Virus record (IMG/VR): IMGVR_UViG_2834293421_000001
Location: 10,290-74,289 of that record
Reading direction: 5' to 3' (one strand)
DNA: 64,000 nucleotides
Source of the DNA: a virus
Lineage: Duplodnaviria > Caudoviricetes
This document shows positions 28,982-38,647 of the stretch, in pieces. Made by a program: the position numbers and the translations under genes. The notes under the pieces were generated by a model that was not told the DNA's origin, did not search any database, and was given only the letters and a program-made list of their open reading frames with translations. Every line of letters starts with the position of its first letter. Within the stretch, counting starts at the first letter, position 1.

Positions 28982-29513
28982 CTTTACCATTTTGAGTACC
29001 AGTTCCTATAGTTAGACCATTTTTTTTCATAACATACTCTAATGTCATTTCAGGAACCCCACCTTTTCTACCACCTAAAACCTCTTTACCTTTTAAATCC
29101 TCAAAAGAAAAACTATCAGTATTTTCACGAGCAACTAAAAAGCTTCCATCTTTTTGAGTTAATTGCGCAAAATTTACTGCATAATTTGAATTCCCTTTAT
29201 TATATACATAAATAGATGCTTCTGGTCCCATAAGGCCTATATCTGCTTCTCCAGAAAGAAGTGCAGCCATTGTTTTATCTGCTCCCTGAGTATTTATAAG
29301 GTCTAACTCAATGCCCTCTTCCTCAAAAAAACCTTGAGTTATAGCTGCATATTGTGGAGCATAAAATACTGAATGGGTTACCTCTGCAACAGTTAGCTTA
29401 TTTAAATTTTTAGATTTAATACTTTGAGATTTAGGAGTACATCCAATGAGAAGCAAAGATAGGCTAGTAATTAAAGTTATTAATATTATTAATTTTTTTA
29501 GCAAAAAAATCAC
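28956..29513 (-). pseudogene. 5' part of ABC substrate-binding lipoprotein (YtlA/NMT1-SsuA-like), interrupted by prophage 1
   Basis: Lipobox LLIGC; VAEVTHSVFYAPQY...; only 185 aa, stops at VRTDIQ, about half normal length. Confidence 0.85.
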
Positions 29514-29534
29514 CCCTTAAAATTAAAGATAATG

Positions 29535-29563
29535 TATATTATTAAAAAATAAATTGATTGGTG
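29535..29563 (-). promoter_or_regulatory. sigmaK-like promoter of the binding-protein gene
   Basis: Minus strand CACC-16 bp-AATAATATA versus consensus mACm-16-CATAnnnTA. Confidence 0.45.
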
Positions 29564-29684
29564 ATAAAACCATTTTAGATATTTGTAAAAATACTATAGT
29601 TGTCAGGAAAATGTTTGCTTTGTGTTGATTTTGGGTATAAAAAATATAAAATAAAATTTAATATAACTTTAGGGAGGGGAAATT

Positions 29685-30497
29685 ATGAATTACAAATATC
29701 TTATATCCAATAAAAGGTCAGTAAGGAAATTTAAAAATCAAGAAATAAAAAAATCAGATTTCAGAATAATAGAAGAATATATAAATATGTCTAAAAAACT
29801 TGTACCAGAAATAAGGACTGAAATTAAAGTTTTTAATAAAGATAAATTGTATCCAAAACTTGATAAAATAGCAGGATATAATGGACATATGATAGAAGCA
29901 CCAAACTATGTAATCATTTTATCTGATACAGATAAAGGATACATAGAAAATTCAGGATATATAGGAGAAAACTTAACTCTAAAGGCCATGGACTTAGGAA
30001 TCGACTCATGTTGGGTTACCTTTAAAGAGAGTTCGCTTATAAAAGAAAAGCTTGAAATTTTATCAGATAAGGAAGTTACAGCAATTATTGCACTAGGTTA
30101 TGGAGATACTGTAAAAACTAAATCAGCTACTGGTGATTCATCTAGATTAGGTGTAGAAAAGATAGTTTATATAGATAAATGGGGAGAAAATGCAACCATA
30201 GAATTATTAGAAGAAAGAGGATTATTAGATGCATTTAGTTTTGCTAGAATGGCACCATCTACATTAAATAGACAACCTTGGAGATTTATAATTGATGGAG
30301 GCAAAGTGATTCTTGCAGTAAGAAAAGATGAATTTGCAAGTGAGTATGAAGGTAAAGTTGATGTAGGGATAGTTATGCTATACTTTTCATTAATAATTGA
30401 TACAACTATGTTTGATTTAAAATGGACTTTAGAAAACGGTAATAGAAATTATGACGTACCAACAGATTATGAAATAATAGGATATTGTAATATATAA
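29685..30497 (+). CDS. Nitroreductase family protein (host)
   Basis: KRSVRKF, LGIDSCW, APSTLNRQPWRF. Confidence 0.9.
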   Translation: MNYKYLISNKRSVRKFKNQEIKKSDFRIIEEYINMSKKLVPEIRTEIKVFNKDKLYPKLDKIAGYNGHMIEAPNYVIILSDTDKGYIENSGYIGENLTLKAMDLGIDSCWVTFKESSLIKEKLEILSDKEVTAIIALGYGDTVKTKSATGDSSRLGVEKIVYIDKWGENATIELLEERGLLDAFSFARMAPSTLNRQPWRFIIDGGKVILAVRKDEFASEYEGKVDVGIVMLYFSLIIDTTMFDLKWTLENGNRNYDVPTDYEIIGYCNI

Positions 30498-30550
30498 AAA
30501 ATAACTGAGCTCAAGCCTGTTTATAATAAACTTGAACTCAGTTATTTTGT
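30497..30550. terminator. Bidirectional terminator
   Basis: AAAATAACTGAG...CTCAGTTATTTT. Confidence 0.7.
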
Positions 30551-30564
30551 TTTTATATTAAATT

Positions 30565-31368
30565 TTATCTTTTACTTTTATAAATTTTTTCTGCTATATT
30601 TAAAAATTGATACATAATTAAAGCACAAAGGGCTAATACTATTACTCCCATCATTACTAAATCTAATTTGAAAACTTGGCCACCATAAACTATTAAGTAC
30701 CCAAGTCCATATCTAGATACTAAGAATTCACCTACTATTACGCCAACCCAAGCCATACCTATATTAATTTTAGTTAAATTTATTAAATTTCCTATGTTAG
30801 AAGGAAATATTAATTTTGTAAGAATTTGAAGTTTTGATGCTCCAAAACTTTTAAGCATTTTGACTTTTTCCTCATCAACACTTATAAAATAATTATAGGC
30901 GGATAATATAGTAACAACAACAGATATAGTAATAGCTATAACTATTATTCCATTTACACCAGCTCCAGCCCAAACTATTAAAATTGGTGCTAATGCTGTT
31001 TTAGGAAGTGCATTTAGTACAACCAAAAATGGATCAAGTATTTTAGATAATCTTTCTGACCACCAAAGCATTATAGCTACTAATATTCCAAGAATTGTAC
31101 CAACTGCTAATCCAACTATTGTCTCATAGCTAGATATTAATATATGCTTAAATAATTCTCCATTTTGAATATATTTTATAAAAAGATTGTAAATATCACT
31201 AGGTTTGCTAAATAGAAATACATCTATTATATTAAGTCTAGCAAGTAATTCCCAAAGAGCTATAAATCCAACCAATATAAATATTTGATAAAAAAAGATT
31301 AGATTCTTTTCTTTTTTTAGCGATTTTAAATATTGTTTATGACCTTGTGATACATTATTTTGTTTCAC
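30565..31368 (-). CDS. ABC transporter permease (YtlD/SsuC-like, host)
   Basis: LPKTALAP, EAA-like loop, GEFL...GLGY; GTG start 31368 after AAGGAG. Confidence 0.9.
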   Translation of the reverse strand: MKQNNVSQGHKQYLKSLKKEKNLIFFYQIFILVGFIALWELLARLNIIDVFLFSKPSDIYNLFIKYIQNGELFKHILISSYETIVGLAVGTILGILVAIMLWWSERLSKILDPFLVVLNALPKTALAPILIVWAGAGVNGIIVIAITISVVVTILSAYNYFISVDEEKVKMLKSFGASKLQILTKLIFPSNIGNLINLTKINIGMAWVGVIVGEFLVSRYGLGYLIVYGGQVFKLDLVMMGVIVLALCALIMYQFLNIAEKIYKSKR

Positions 31369-31548
31369 TAGAATCAATCTCCTTCCACAAGATATTAAAA
31401 TAGTCTTTAAAATTTTCAGCACTTCTTGATATTATAGGAGTTCTAGTTTCTGATATTTTTAAATCTATAGTATAGATACTTTTTATAGATGCAGGACGTT
31501 TGGATAAAACTGCGACCTTATCTGACATAGAAATAGCTTCAGATAAAT
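31355..31548 (-). pseudogene. 3' part of ABC ATPase (YtlC/SsuB-like), interrupted by prophage 2
   Basis: Manual translation SEAISMSDKVAVLSKRPASIK...YFNILWKEIDSSETK*, the post-H-loop tail of NitT/TauT ATPases; frame loses similarity upstream. Confidence 0.85.
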
Positions 31549-31578
31549 GTATTAAAGTTCCTATTTATCTGAAGCTAT
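31533..31578. other. att junction region of prophage 2 with perfect 16-bp inverted repeat
   Basis: ATAGCTTCAGATAAAT (31533-48), 14-bp spacer, ATTTATCTGAAGCTAT (31563-78). Confidence 0.7.
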
Positions 31579-33153
31579 AGTATTGCTTGGATTGATACCT
31601 ATTAGGTTTACTTTTATTGTGTCTGTATCAGAGTCCCATGTCATGTAATCTACTACTGTAGATAGTAACAGTCTCTTCTTATTAATATCAGAGGTATCAA
31701 TTTCTTTATTAAATTTATTTAAATTATCTATAAGCATATTTATATTAATATCAACTTGCTTATTTTCCATAGACATAGTATTTAAAGATTCTAATTGTGA
31801 TTTTAAATTAGATAAGTCATTATTTAAAGATTCTAACTTATTGATTATAAAAGTAGATGCAGAGCTTTCGGTAACCTTGGCTAATTGCATAACTAAATTA
31901 TCAATGTATGTTTCTTTTTCTTTAATTTGATTATTTATTGAGTTTATCTCAGTTTTTATATTTTTAATATTCTTAGAGTTTTCTAACTTGCTATCTTTAT
32001 AACTTGACATTATAGATTTAATACTTTTATTTTTTAATTCATCTATAACTTTAGACTCAGCCTTATCAGATCTGATATTTTTACAATCACAAGCTGATAC
32101 TCCTAAAGATTTCTTTGTTCCACATATGTAATAATAGATAGTGCCGCTTTTAGAGTTTTTATAAGTAATTCTCATATTAGAGCTACACTTAGAACATTTT
32201 AAAAGACCTGATAATAATGCCTTACTTCCAGTTCCAGCTCTAGGAGCTTTAGCCTTATTTGCATTAAGTAGCCTTTGTGCTTCAATCCATTTATCAGAAT
32301 CTATAACACCTTTATGTTTAGCAACAGCAGCTATAGGACTATCTGTATTTTTAGCATAAGTTAGGATACCATGTATATTGTCTATATCTCCCATAACATC
32401 TATATTAGACTTTCTTAGATAATCAACTACACTTTTATCAGCTTTAACATATGCTGGATTTTTTAGGATTAAAGATAAGGCACTAGGATCAAGGTTACCT
32501 CCACGAGTTCCTTTAATTCCATTCTCATACATATATTTATAAAGTTTTGAAAGTGATCTAAGCTCTAAATATTTATCAAATATCAATTTAACAATTTCTA
32601 TTGTATCTTCATCAACTTTAAGTTTATACATTTTTCTTTGGTTCATATTTTCATCATAGTAGTTAATTTGAGTACTAATAAAACCATATGGAGGCATACC
32701 TCCTAGCCATCTTCCTGTTCTAGCTAACTCATACATGTTATCTCTAACACGCTCAGCTATAGTTTCTCGTTCTAACTGAGCAAATACAGATGATATATAC
32801 ATCATAGCACGTCCCATAGGAGTACTAGTATCAAATTGTTCTTTAATTGATACGAAAGATATATTAAGCTTATTTAGATCTTCTATAAGAGTAGAGAAGT
32901 CAGAAACATTACGGGATATTCTATCTAATCTATAACATATTAAATAATCAAATTTTTTATCTTTAGCATCTTTAAGCATTTCTTTAAACTTTGGTCTATC
33001 CATAGATTTACCAGAGAAACCTTCATCTTCATATACTAAAAATTCATTAATTCCTATGTTCTTAGCATAGTCCATGCAAAGCTGTATTTGGTTTTCTATA
33101 GATTCACCCTTTCCTGTGAACTTTGATTTTCTTGAGTATATAGCAGCAACCAT
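31561..33153 (-). CDS. Large serine recombinase (integrase)
   Basis: YSRKS catalytic Ser, DEGFSG, YRLDRISR, recombinase domain, CSKC...YYYIC Zn ribbon, coiled coil. Confidence 0.96.
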   Translation of the reverse strand: MVAAIYSRKSKFTGKGESIENQIQLCMDYAKNIGINEFLVYEDEGFSGKSMDRPKFKEMLKDAKDKKFDYLICYRLDRISRNVSDFSTLIEDLNKLNISFVSIKEQFDTSTPMGRAMMYISSVFAQLERETIAERVRDNMYELARTGRWLGGMPPYGFISTQINYYDENMNQRKMYKLKVDEDTIEIVKLIFDKYLELRSLSKLYKYMYENGIKGTRGGNLDPSALSLILKNPAYVKADKSVVDYLRKSNIDVMGDIDNIHGILTYAKNTDSPIAAVAKHKGVIDSDKWIEAQRLLNANKAKAPRAGTGSKALLSGLLKCSKCSSNMRITYKNSKSGTIYYYICGTKKSLGVSACDCKNIRSDKAESKVIDELKNKSIKSIMSSYKDSKLENSKNIKNIKTEINSINNQIKEKETYIDNLVMQLAKVTESSASTFIINKLESLNNDLSNLKSQLESLNTMSMENKQVDININMLIDNLNKFNKEIDTSDINKKRLLLSTVVDYMTWDSDTDTIKVNLIGINPSNTIASDK

Positions 33154-33596
33154 AAAATAAAACCTCCTTATAAAATAATTATATCAAAATATAAGATCAA
33201 AAGAAAAGTTTGGCATAATTATATAGTAAGGTAATATTGTGTATAGTTTAGATCTTTTGCTAAAAAAATAAACTAAGGCCGATTGATGATATAGATATCG
33301 TGATTTGTTTAGATGCCAAAACGGTATTTATCATTCTTAAGGAAATATAACTAAAGGAATAGCAGTTTGTATATAGGGTAAAAATTCCAGTTAAGAAACT
33401 TATAAGATCTTATTTATATGTATAAATTTCAAATATATTACATTATATACAAAATATTACTCAAAATAATGTAATAAAATTATATACTTAATAGTATAAA
33501 TAAAGTATATCTATAAATGCAAAATACCTATGCTTTATTTATAGATATAAGTTTAACAATAAAAACATATGTCAATAATTAAAATAATATTTTTAA

Positions 33597-33618
33597 GAAC
33601 TTATGTTTGTGTTATAAT
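33597..33618 (+). promoter_or_regulatory. Extended -10 promoter with LexA (SOS) box
   Basis: GAAC-TTAT-GTTT (33597-33608) next to TGTTATAAT (33610-18). Confidence 0.5.
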
Positions 33619-33659
33619 ATAAAATATAAAATTTACTTAATAGTAAAGGAGTTGGTTTT

Positions 33660-34382
33660 ATGAGAGACGCTACAATTGCACTAATTGTAATTATAGTAGC
33701 GACTTTAGCAGGATATATTTTTAAAATTGATAACACTATATTAAATGCAATAATTGTCCTATCTCCGATAGCAGCTCCAGCAATAGCGATGTTTTATAAT
33801 ATCCCAAAAAACTATTTTAAACTATTAAGGTTTAAAAATTTAAATATTCATTACAAATATTCCATAGCATATAGAGGGTGCAATATAGAAGATGGTGGAT
33901 TTTACAGGATATACACTTGTATGTGTAAAGAATATGGTGAAAAATATATAAAAGAAATGAATACATTAGAAGGTGATGGCATTTATAAGAAGATAATAAC
34001 ACTTAACACTACCCCTGTGGAGATAGAATATAATAACTTAATGTCAAAACTTTATATTGAGATAGAAGATGAATTGAATTATAAAAATTTAATAAAAAGA
34101 ATAAGTAGAATAAATGATTGCTTAAGCCAATCTTTTAATCAAGTAGAATTTGAGAAAAGTCAAATCAATTTAAAGATTTTATTTGATAGTGAAAAATTAA
34201 TAAAAAATCCATTTGTAGAAAAATTTTTTGGGAATTTTGGAAAAAGTTGTATGTTAAATTTTGTTTATAAAACTGAAAGGGATACACAAATAGAAATAAC
34301 GAATGATAGCATAGAGTTTAGTAATAAATCTATAGATTCATTAAAAGAGGATTTAAATAAAGAGTTTAAAGTATATAAATAA
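33660..34382 (+). CDS. Hypothetical protein with two N-terminal TM helices
   Basis: AAAGGAG RBS; hydrophobic N-terminus then soluble domain. Confidence 0.8.
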   Translation: MRDATIALIVIIVATLAGYIFKIDNTILNAIIVLSPIAAPAIAMFYNIPKNYFKLLRFKNLNIHYKYSIAYRGCNIEDGGFYRIYTCMCKEYGEKYIKEMNTLEGDGIYKKIITLNTTPVEIEYNNLMSKLYIEIEDELNYKNLIKRISRINDCLSQSFNQVEFEKSQINLKILFDSEKLIKNPFVEKFFGNFGKSCMLNFVYKTERDTQIEITNDSIEFSNKSIDSLKEDLNKEFKVYK

Positions 34383-34415
34383 AAAAGTAGCCTATATAAT
34401 AGGTTACTTTTTTAT
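34381..34415. terminator. Bidirectional terminator
   Basis: AAAAAAGTAGCCTAT-ATA-ATAGGTTACTTTTTT. Confidence 0.8.
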
Positions 34416-35102
34416 TTATATGGATAAAATTTTATTGTAAATATCTTGTATTAATGGTAAGGCATCACTTGGCTCTAGTTTACTATATAAAATAACTCCA
34501 CCATCTCTTGTTAACATAATTTTATATAAAGTGTTCATGTAATTATAGGCTATAGTTACATTGGATATTGTAGCCCCTTTTGCTATGAGTTGTTGGTATT
34601 GGGAAGAGTCTTCTATTTTGTTACCTATTAAATAAAGAGCATCAATATTATTATCACCATAATCACCAAGCCAAACTCCTTGTAGACCTAGATGATTTTG
34701 ATTATCTATAATTTTAACAAAATTTACATCAATTTTATTAAATATATTATTAATATTGCTACTTGTTTTAGCGAAACTTCTATAAAAATAATTAAATATA
34801 TTTCTAGATGAAACTATTATAAATGTATTATTGATAGTATTGAAATAAGCATTTTTCTCATCTATAGATATAAAATAATCAAATATTTCATCTGAGTTAT
34901 AAGCACGTCCTTTTTGAACTTTCTTTGATTCACATATTAAGTCGTACTTTATGTGATTAGTTATATTTTGAATATCTTTTTTAAAAAACGATACAGAGGG
35001 ATCTTTTTGAATAACTTGATCTAAAGTGCATTGCACAGGAAGAGTATAGCCATCTATTAAGCTATGAAAATTATTTGTATTTAAAATGTAATAAGGATAC
35101 AT
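34416..35102 (-). CDS. Hypothetical protein
   Basis: 228 aa ORF with AAGGGAG RBS. Confidence 0.8.
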   Translation of the reverse strand: MYPYYILNTNNFHSLIDGYTLPVQCTLDQVIQKDPSVSFFKKDIQNITNHIKYDLICESKKVQKGRAYNSDEIFDYFISIDEKNAYFNTINNTFIIVSSRNIFNYFYRSFAKTSSNINNIFNKIDVNFVKIIDNQNHLGLQGVWLGDYGDNNIDALYLIGNKIEDSSQYQQLIAKGATISNVTIAYNYMNTLYKIMLTRDGGVILYSKLEPSDALPLIQDIYNKILSI

Positions 35103-35307
35103 TTTCTATCTCCCTTCATAATTATAGTGTATATTAAAATTGTCATTTAATAACTAACAATAAGTAAAACTATATATTGTAAAGAATTCCTTAAAATAAC
35201 AACAATCTAATTATATACCATAAGAATGCCATTTATCAAAGTAAAATATAAATTTTATAGATTTTTTTATTATATCTATAATTCTTAAATTATTAAACAT
35301 TACTTAT

Positions 35308-35766
35308 TCAAAACTTAAGATTTGTAAACTTATAAGAAATAAACTCTGTGGGAACAGAAAAGTATTTACTTAATTCATCAATTGTAATTAGATTATTTAC
35401 CTCCATAATATCGATAAGCATATTATCATCTATCAATAACTCCGCTGTGAATTTATTTGCTTCATTTTCATATCTATCTGTAACTGAAAATGTATAGTGC
35501 TTTAAAAAGCAAACATTAAGATCTTTATGTAAAATTGCATGACCAAGCTCATGAGAAATAACACACTTAATCTCATGTTCATCTAAATTAGAATTTAAAT
35601 GAATTATAGGAGTATTAAGTGTATTTTGAAAGAAGCCTTTAATATTGCCTAAAGGCTCATGCAAAATAGGGATGTTTAAGTAGTCACATAACTCAAATGG
35701 ATTTCTTGTTTTAAACTTAGTTACTAAATTATTTACTGTATTTTTAATGCTACTCAAATTTAACAC
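35308..35766 (-). CDS. ImmA/IrrE family metallopeptidase (anti-repressor protease)
   Basis: HELGH...ENEANKF; downstream of repressor. Confidence 0.92.
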   Translation of the reverse strand: MLNLSSIKNTVNNLVTKFKTRNPFELCDYLNIPILHEPLGNIKGFFQNTLNTPIIHLNSNLDEHEIKCVISHELGHAILHKDLNVCFLKHYTFSVTDRYENEANKFTAELLIDDNMLIDIMEVNNLITIDELSKYFSVPTEFISYKFTNLKF

Positions 35767-35769
35767 CCC

Positions 35770-36180
35770 TTATTTCTTAGACTTTTTCATAGTTTTAGCT
35801 AATTCAATTCCATTTCTAATTGCATTTCTTAAAAGAACAAGATCGTTATCATCAACTATTTGACCATTAAGCATAAGACCTTTTTGATCTAAAATTTGAC
35901 ACATAGTTTCTTCTAATAATTCTTCTACATCTTTTTCATTTTCTTTTATAACAATTAAATTATCATTAGATTTAATATCACGTACATTGGATTTGCCAAG
36001 TAAATAATCTGTTGATACATCAAAGAAATCAGATAATTTCAATATTATATCATGAGGAGGAAATCTTTCTTCCTTTTCATAAAATGATATCATTTTAGGA
36101 GTTAGTCCAATAAAGTCAGCTAACTCTTTCTGAGTTACATCTTTTTGAGCTCTAAGCTCTTTTATTCTTTTACCTATCAT
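35770..36180 (-). CDS. XRE-family repressor (ImmR/CI-like)
   Basis: HTH_3, VSTDYLLG. Confidence 0.92.
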   Translation of the reverse strand: MIGKRIKELRAQKDVTQKELADFIGLTPKMISFYEKEERFPPHDIILKLSDFFDVSTDYLLGKSNVRDIKSNDNLIVIKENEKDVEELLEETMCQILDQKGLMLNGQIVDDNDLVLLRNAIRNGIELAKTMKKSKK

Positions 36181-36228
36181 ATAAAACGACCTACTCTCTA
36201 TTCTAAAATTGGTAATGACATTAAGTAT

Positions 36229-36316
36229 GAACTAAAAGTTCTAACAATATAAATTATATCGTATAAAAACTATAAAATCTATTGACTATGTACTAAAAGT
36301 ACTGTACTATTAGTAC
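36229..36316. promoter_or_regulatory. Genetic switch: lytic promoter and palindromic operators
   Basis: TTGACT-17-TACTAT (36282-36310); GWACT-N3-AGTWC palindromes at 36229, 36290, 36304 and a fourth at 36537. Confidence 0.8.
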
Positions 36317-36346
36317 ATAAACAATTATTAAAAAGGAGAAGGGAGA

Positions 36347-36535
36347 TTGAATAAAATAAAATATTTAAGGAATATAAATAAGATGACTCAGACTCAATTA
36401 GGAGAATTATTAGGTGTAACACCAAGGTATATAGCGTTCTTAGAGAAAGGAGAGAGAACTCCATCATTAGATATAGCATTTAAAATAGCTAAAATTTTTG
36501 ATACTACAATAGAGGATATTTTTTTAAATAACTAA
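36347..36535 (+). CDS. Cro-like HTH regulator
   Basis: 62 aa HTH_3, divergent from repressor. Confidence 0.88.
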   Translation: MNKIKYLRNINKMTQTQLGELLGVTPRYIAFLEKGERTPSLDIAFKIAKIFDTTIEDIFLNN

Positions 36536-36560
36536 TGTACTAATAGTACACTTAAGAAAG

Positions 36561-37139
36561 GTGGAGCATATGAACAATCTAAAAATTTTAGATAAAAGAA
36601 AAGTTTTAGAAAAAAATATAATAACTTTTGGTGAGATAGAAACACCACTATTTTTAGCAAAGGATGTAGCGAATTGGATAGAGTATGGATTTGATAGTAA
36701 AGGAAACAGAGATGTAAGTGCTATGTTAAGAGTTGTAGATGATGAAGAAAAAGTTAAAAAAGCTAACCCAATTAATAATAGGGTAAGTTGGTTTTTAACA
36801 GAAGATGGGCTTTATGAAGTTTTAATGCAAAGTAGAAAGCCTATAGCTAAGAAGCTGAAAAAGGAAATTAAGAAGATATTAAAGCAGATACGACTTACTG
36901 GTGGGTATATTCCAATATCATCTGAAGATGATGAAAAAGTAATCTTAGAAAAAGTAGTAAAGATATTAAATAAAACTCTAGAAAGCAAAGAGATCCTTTT
37001 AAAGCAAAAAGAAGAAGAATTAGAAGTTTTAAGATTGAGAAATTATATCAAAACAATTGTAATAGCAGAACAAAGAGAAGAACTTGAAAAATCAAAAGTT
37101 ACTGTAAAGGTAGATTTGGAAGTTAGTAAATCAAGATAA
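36561..37139 (+). CDS. BRO-N domain antirepressor
   Basis: FLAKDVA, FLTEDGLYEVLMQSRKPIA, IRLTGGY. Confidence 0.9.
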   Translation: MEHMNNLKILDKRKVLEKNIITFGEIETPLFLAKDVANWIEYGFDSKGNRDVSAMLRVVDDEEKVKKANPINNRVSWFLTEDGLYEVLMQSRKPIAKKLKKEIKKILKQIRLTGGYIPISSEDDEKVILEKVVKILNKTLESKEILLKQKEEELEVLRLRNYIKTIVIAEQREELEKSKVTVKVDLEVSKSR

Positions 37140-37175
37140 ATTGCATAGGACAATTTTTAATAAACATAAAATTTA

Positions 37176-37442
37176 GTGGGGGTGGTTGCAATGGCACCAA
37201 GAAAAAGCAGAGAAATAAAAGTTGAGGTAGTTTACCCAGAAGATCCATATTGGATTGAGGAAATAGAAAGAAGAAAAGCTAAATGGATACTTGATAGACA
37301 AAGAGAAAAATATGGGGATGAAGCATTGAGTATAGCTTACCCAATATGGATTAGAACAAAGGAATTAGAAGAAACTGGTTTGAGTTATGAAGAAGCTAAA
37401 GAAATAGCGATTAAAGAATATAACGATAAACAAGGAGCTTAG
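37176..37442 (+). CDS. Phage hypothetical protein
   Basis: ORF in early operon; start likely 37191. Confidence 0.7.
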   Translation: MGVVAMAPRKSREIKVEVVYPEDPYWIEEIERRKAKWILDRQREKYGDEALSIAYPIWIRTKELEETGLSYEEAKEIAIKEYNDKQGA

Positions 37443-37481
37443 GCTCTTTGGCAATAAAAATTTGTACAAGGAGTGAGTTAA

Positions 37482-37604
37482 ATGAGTATAAAAATACTTC
37501 AAAGTTTTATGAAAAAGTATAGCTATTTAGGGCAAGAACTAGATGATAAATTTGATGAATTAAAAGCTTATAGTAAGCAAAAAGAGGACAAGCAACATTG
37601 TTAA
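37482..37604 (+). CDS. Small hypothetical protein (40 aa)
   Basis: Manual ORF MSIKILQSFM...; AAGGAG RBS. Confidence 0.55.
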   Translation: MSIKILQSFMKKYSYLGQELDDKFDELKAYSKQKEDKQHC

Positions 37605-37744
37605 ACAGAGTATTTCAAAACATTAATTTAATGAAAATAAAAAAAAGAGTCCAGGAGGACCCAAATAAAAAATTCCAATTTAATTATATATGTAGATAAA
37701 GATAACTACAAGTAAAAACTTATAAATTAGTAGATTTAAATAAA

Positions 37745-38428
37745 GTGGGGGTGAGTTTCTTGGAGTATAGCATACATGGATTTAGCCAAGAAAAAGCAAT
37801 AGAACTTGAATTAGATGATAGAGACCTATTGATATTAAAATGGTTTGTAAAATTTAAAGATAGTGAAAGAATGATATCAAAGATCATTTCAGATGATAAG
37901 TACTATTGGATTAAGTATGATGGTATAACAGAGGATATACCTATTACAAAGATGAAAAAAGATACAGTCTATAGAAGACTAAAGAAGATGTGCAAGATAG
38001 GAGTATTAAAACATAAAACAGTAAAAATAGGAGGGACATATTCTTATTATGCACTAGGTAGAAACTATAAATTATTAATAGATACTAACTATAGGACATC
38101 GGATTTAAATCCGAAGCTATCGGAAATAAATCCCGAGGGTACGGATTTAAATCCTTACGGTACGGATTTAAATCCCGAACAAAATACCCTATTACCATAT
38201 CCTAATACTATATCTATTGATAGAGTAACTAGTGTAAATTTATCCACAGATTTGAATAGTATAAAAGGTATGTATAAATTATCTGATAGTGAACTAAAAA
38301 GTATAGTTTTAGCAGTAGATATATCTGTTGAAGATGGAACAATTAAATCACCAAAAGGCAGCGAGGGATATTGGAAGTATATACATAAAATATGCAAAGA
38401 CAAGTTAAGTTCAAAAAAAGGAAATTAG
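37745..38428 (+). CDS. Replication initiator (winged-helix)
   Basis: N-terminal wHTH; internal iterons. Confidence 0.75.
   Translation: MGVSFLEYSIHGFSQEKAIELELDDRDLLILKWFVKFKDSERMISKIISDDKYYWIKYDGITEDIPITKMKKDTVYRRLKKMCKIGVLKHKTVKIGGTYSYYALGRNYKLLIDTNYRTSDLNPKLSEINPEGTDLNPYGTDLNPEQNTLLPYPNTISIDRVTSVNLSTDLNSIKGMYKLSDSELKSIVLAVDISVEDGTIKSPKGSEGYWKYIHKICKDKLSSKKGN
38099..38248. repeat. Putative origin: four 21-bp-spaced iterons plus DnaA box
   Basis: GGATTTAAATCC-type units at 38101, 38122, 38143, 38164; TTATCCACA at 38240. Confidence 0.75.
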
Positions 38429-38442
38429 GAGTGATATAAACT

Positions 38443-38574
38443 ATGGGAATAATAGAAGCAGCCAAGATTCTTAGAGACATAGCAAAGAAGATTGCCAAAG
38501 ATAGAGGTATAACAGAACAAGAAGCATGGTTAGAAGCTTTAGAGGTATTCAAAAGAGAATATAGAGTTTGGTAA
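38443..38574 (+). CDS. Small hypothetical protein (43 aa)
   Basis: Manual ORF MGIIEAAKILRD...; AGGAG RBS. Confidence 0.6.
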   Translation: MGIIEAAKILRDIAKKIAKDRGITEQEAWLEALEVFKREYRVW

Positions 38575-38647
38575 GTTTACATCTAAGATTAAGATAAAAA
38601 ATGCCTAGTAGAGATAAGGTTGTAATTTATATAAGAAAAGCGAGAAC

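Noticed and set aside
31369-31422. N-terminal extension of permease in ORF track
   Set aside because: Overlaps the ATPase tail in another frame; RBS supports GTG at 31368
33180-33560. Possible recombination directionality factor or sRNA upstream of integrase
   Set aside because: No convincing ORF, RBS or structure found by eye
36229-36241. GAACTAAAAGTTC as LexA box
   Set aside because: Spacer is 5 not 4 bp; matches the GTACT-N3-AGTAC phage operator series
38099-38180. Short regularly spaced repeats as a CRISPR array
   Set aside because: 21-bp period with ~9-bp spacers inside a coding gene and no cas genes; fits iterons
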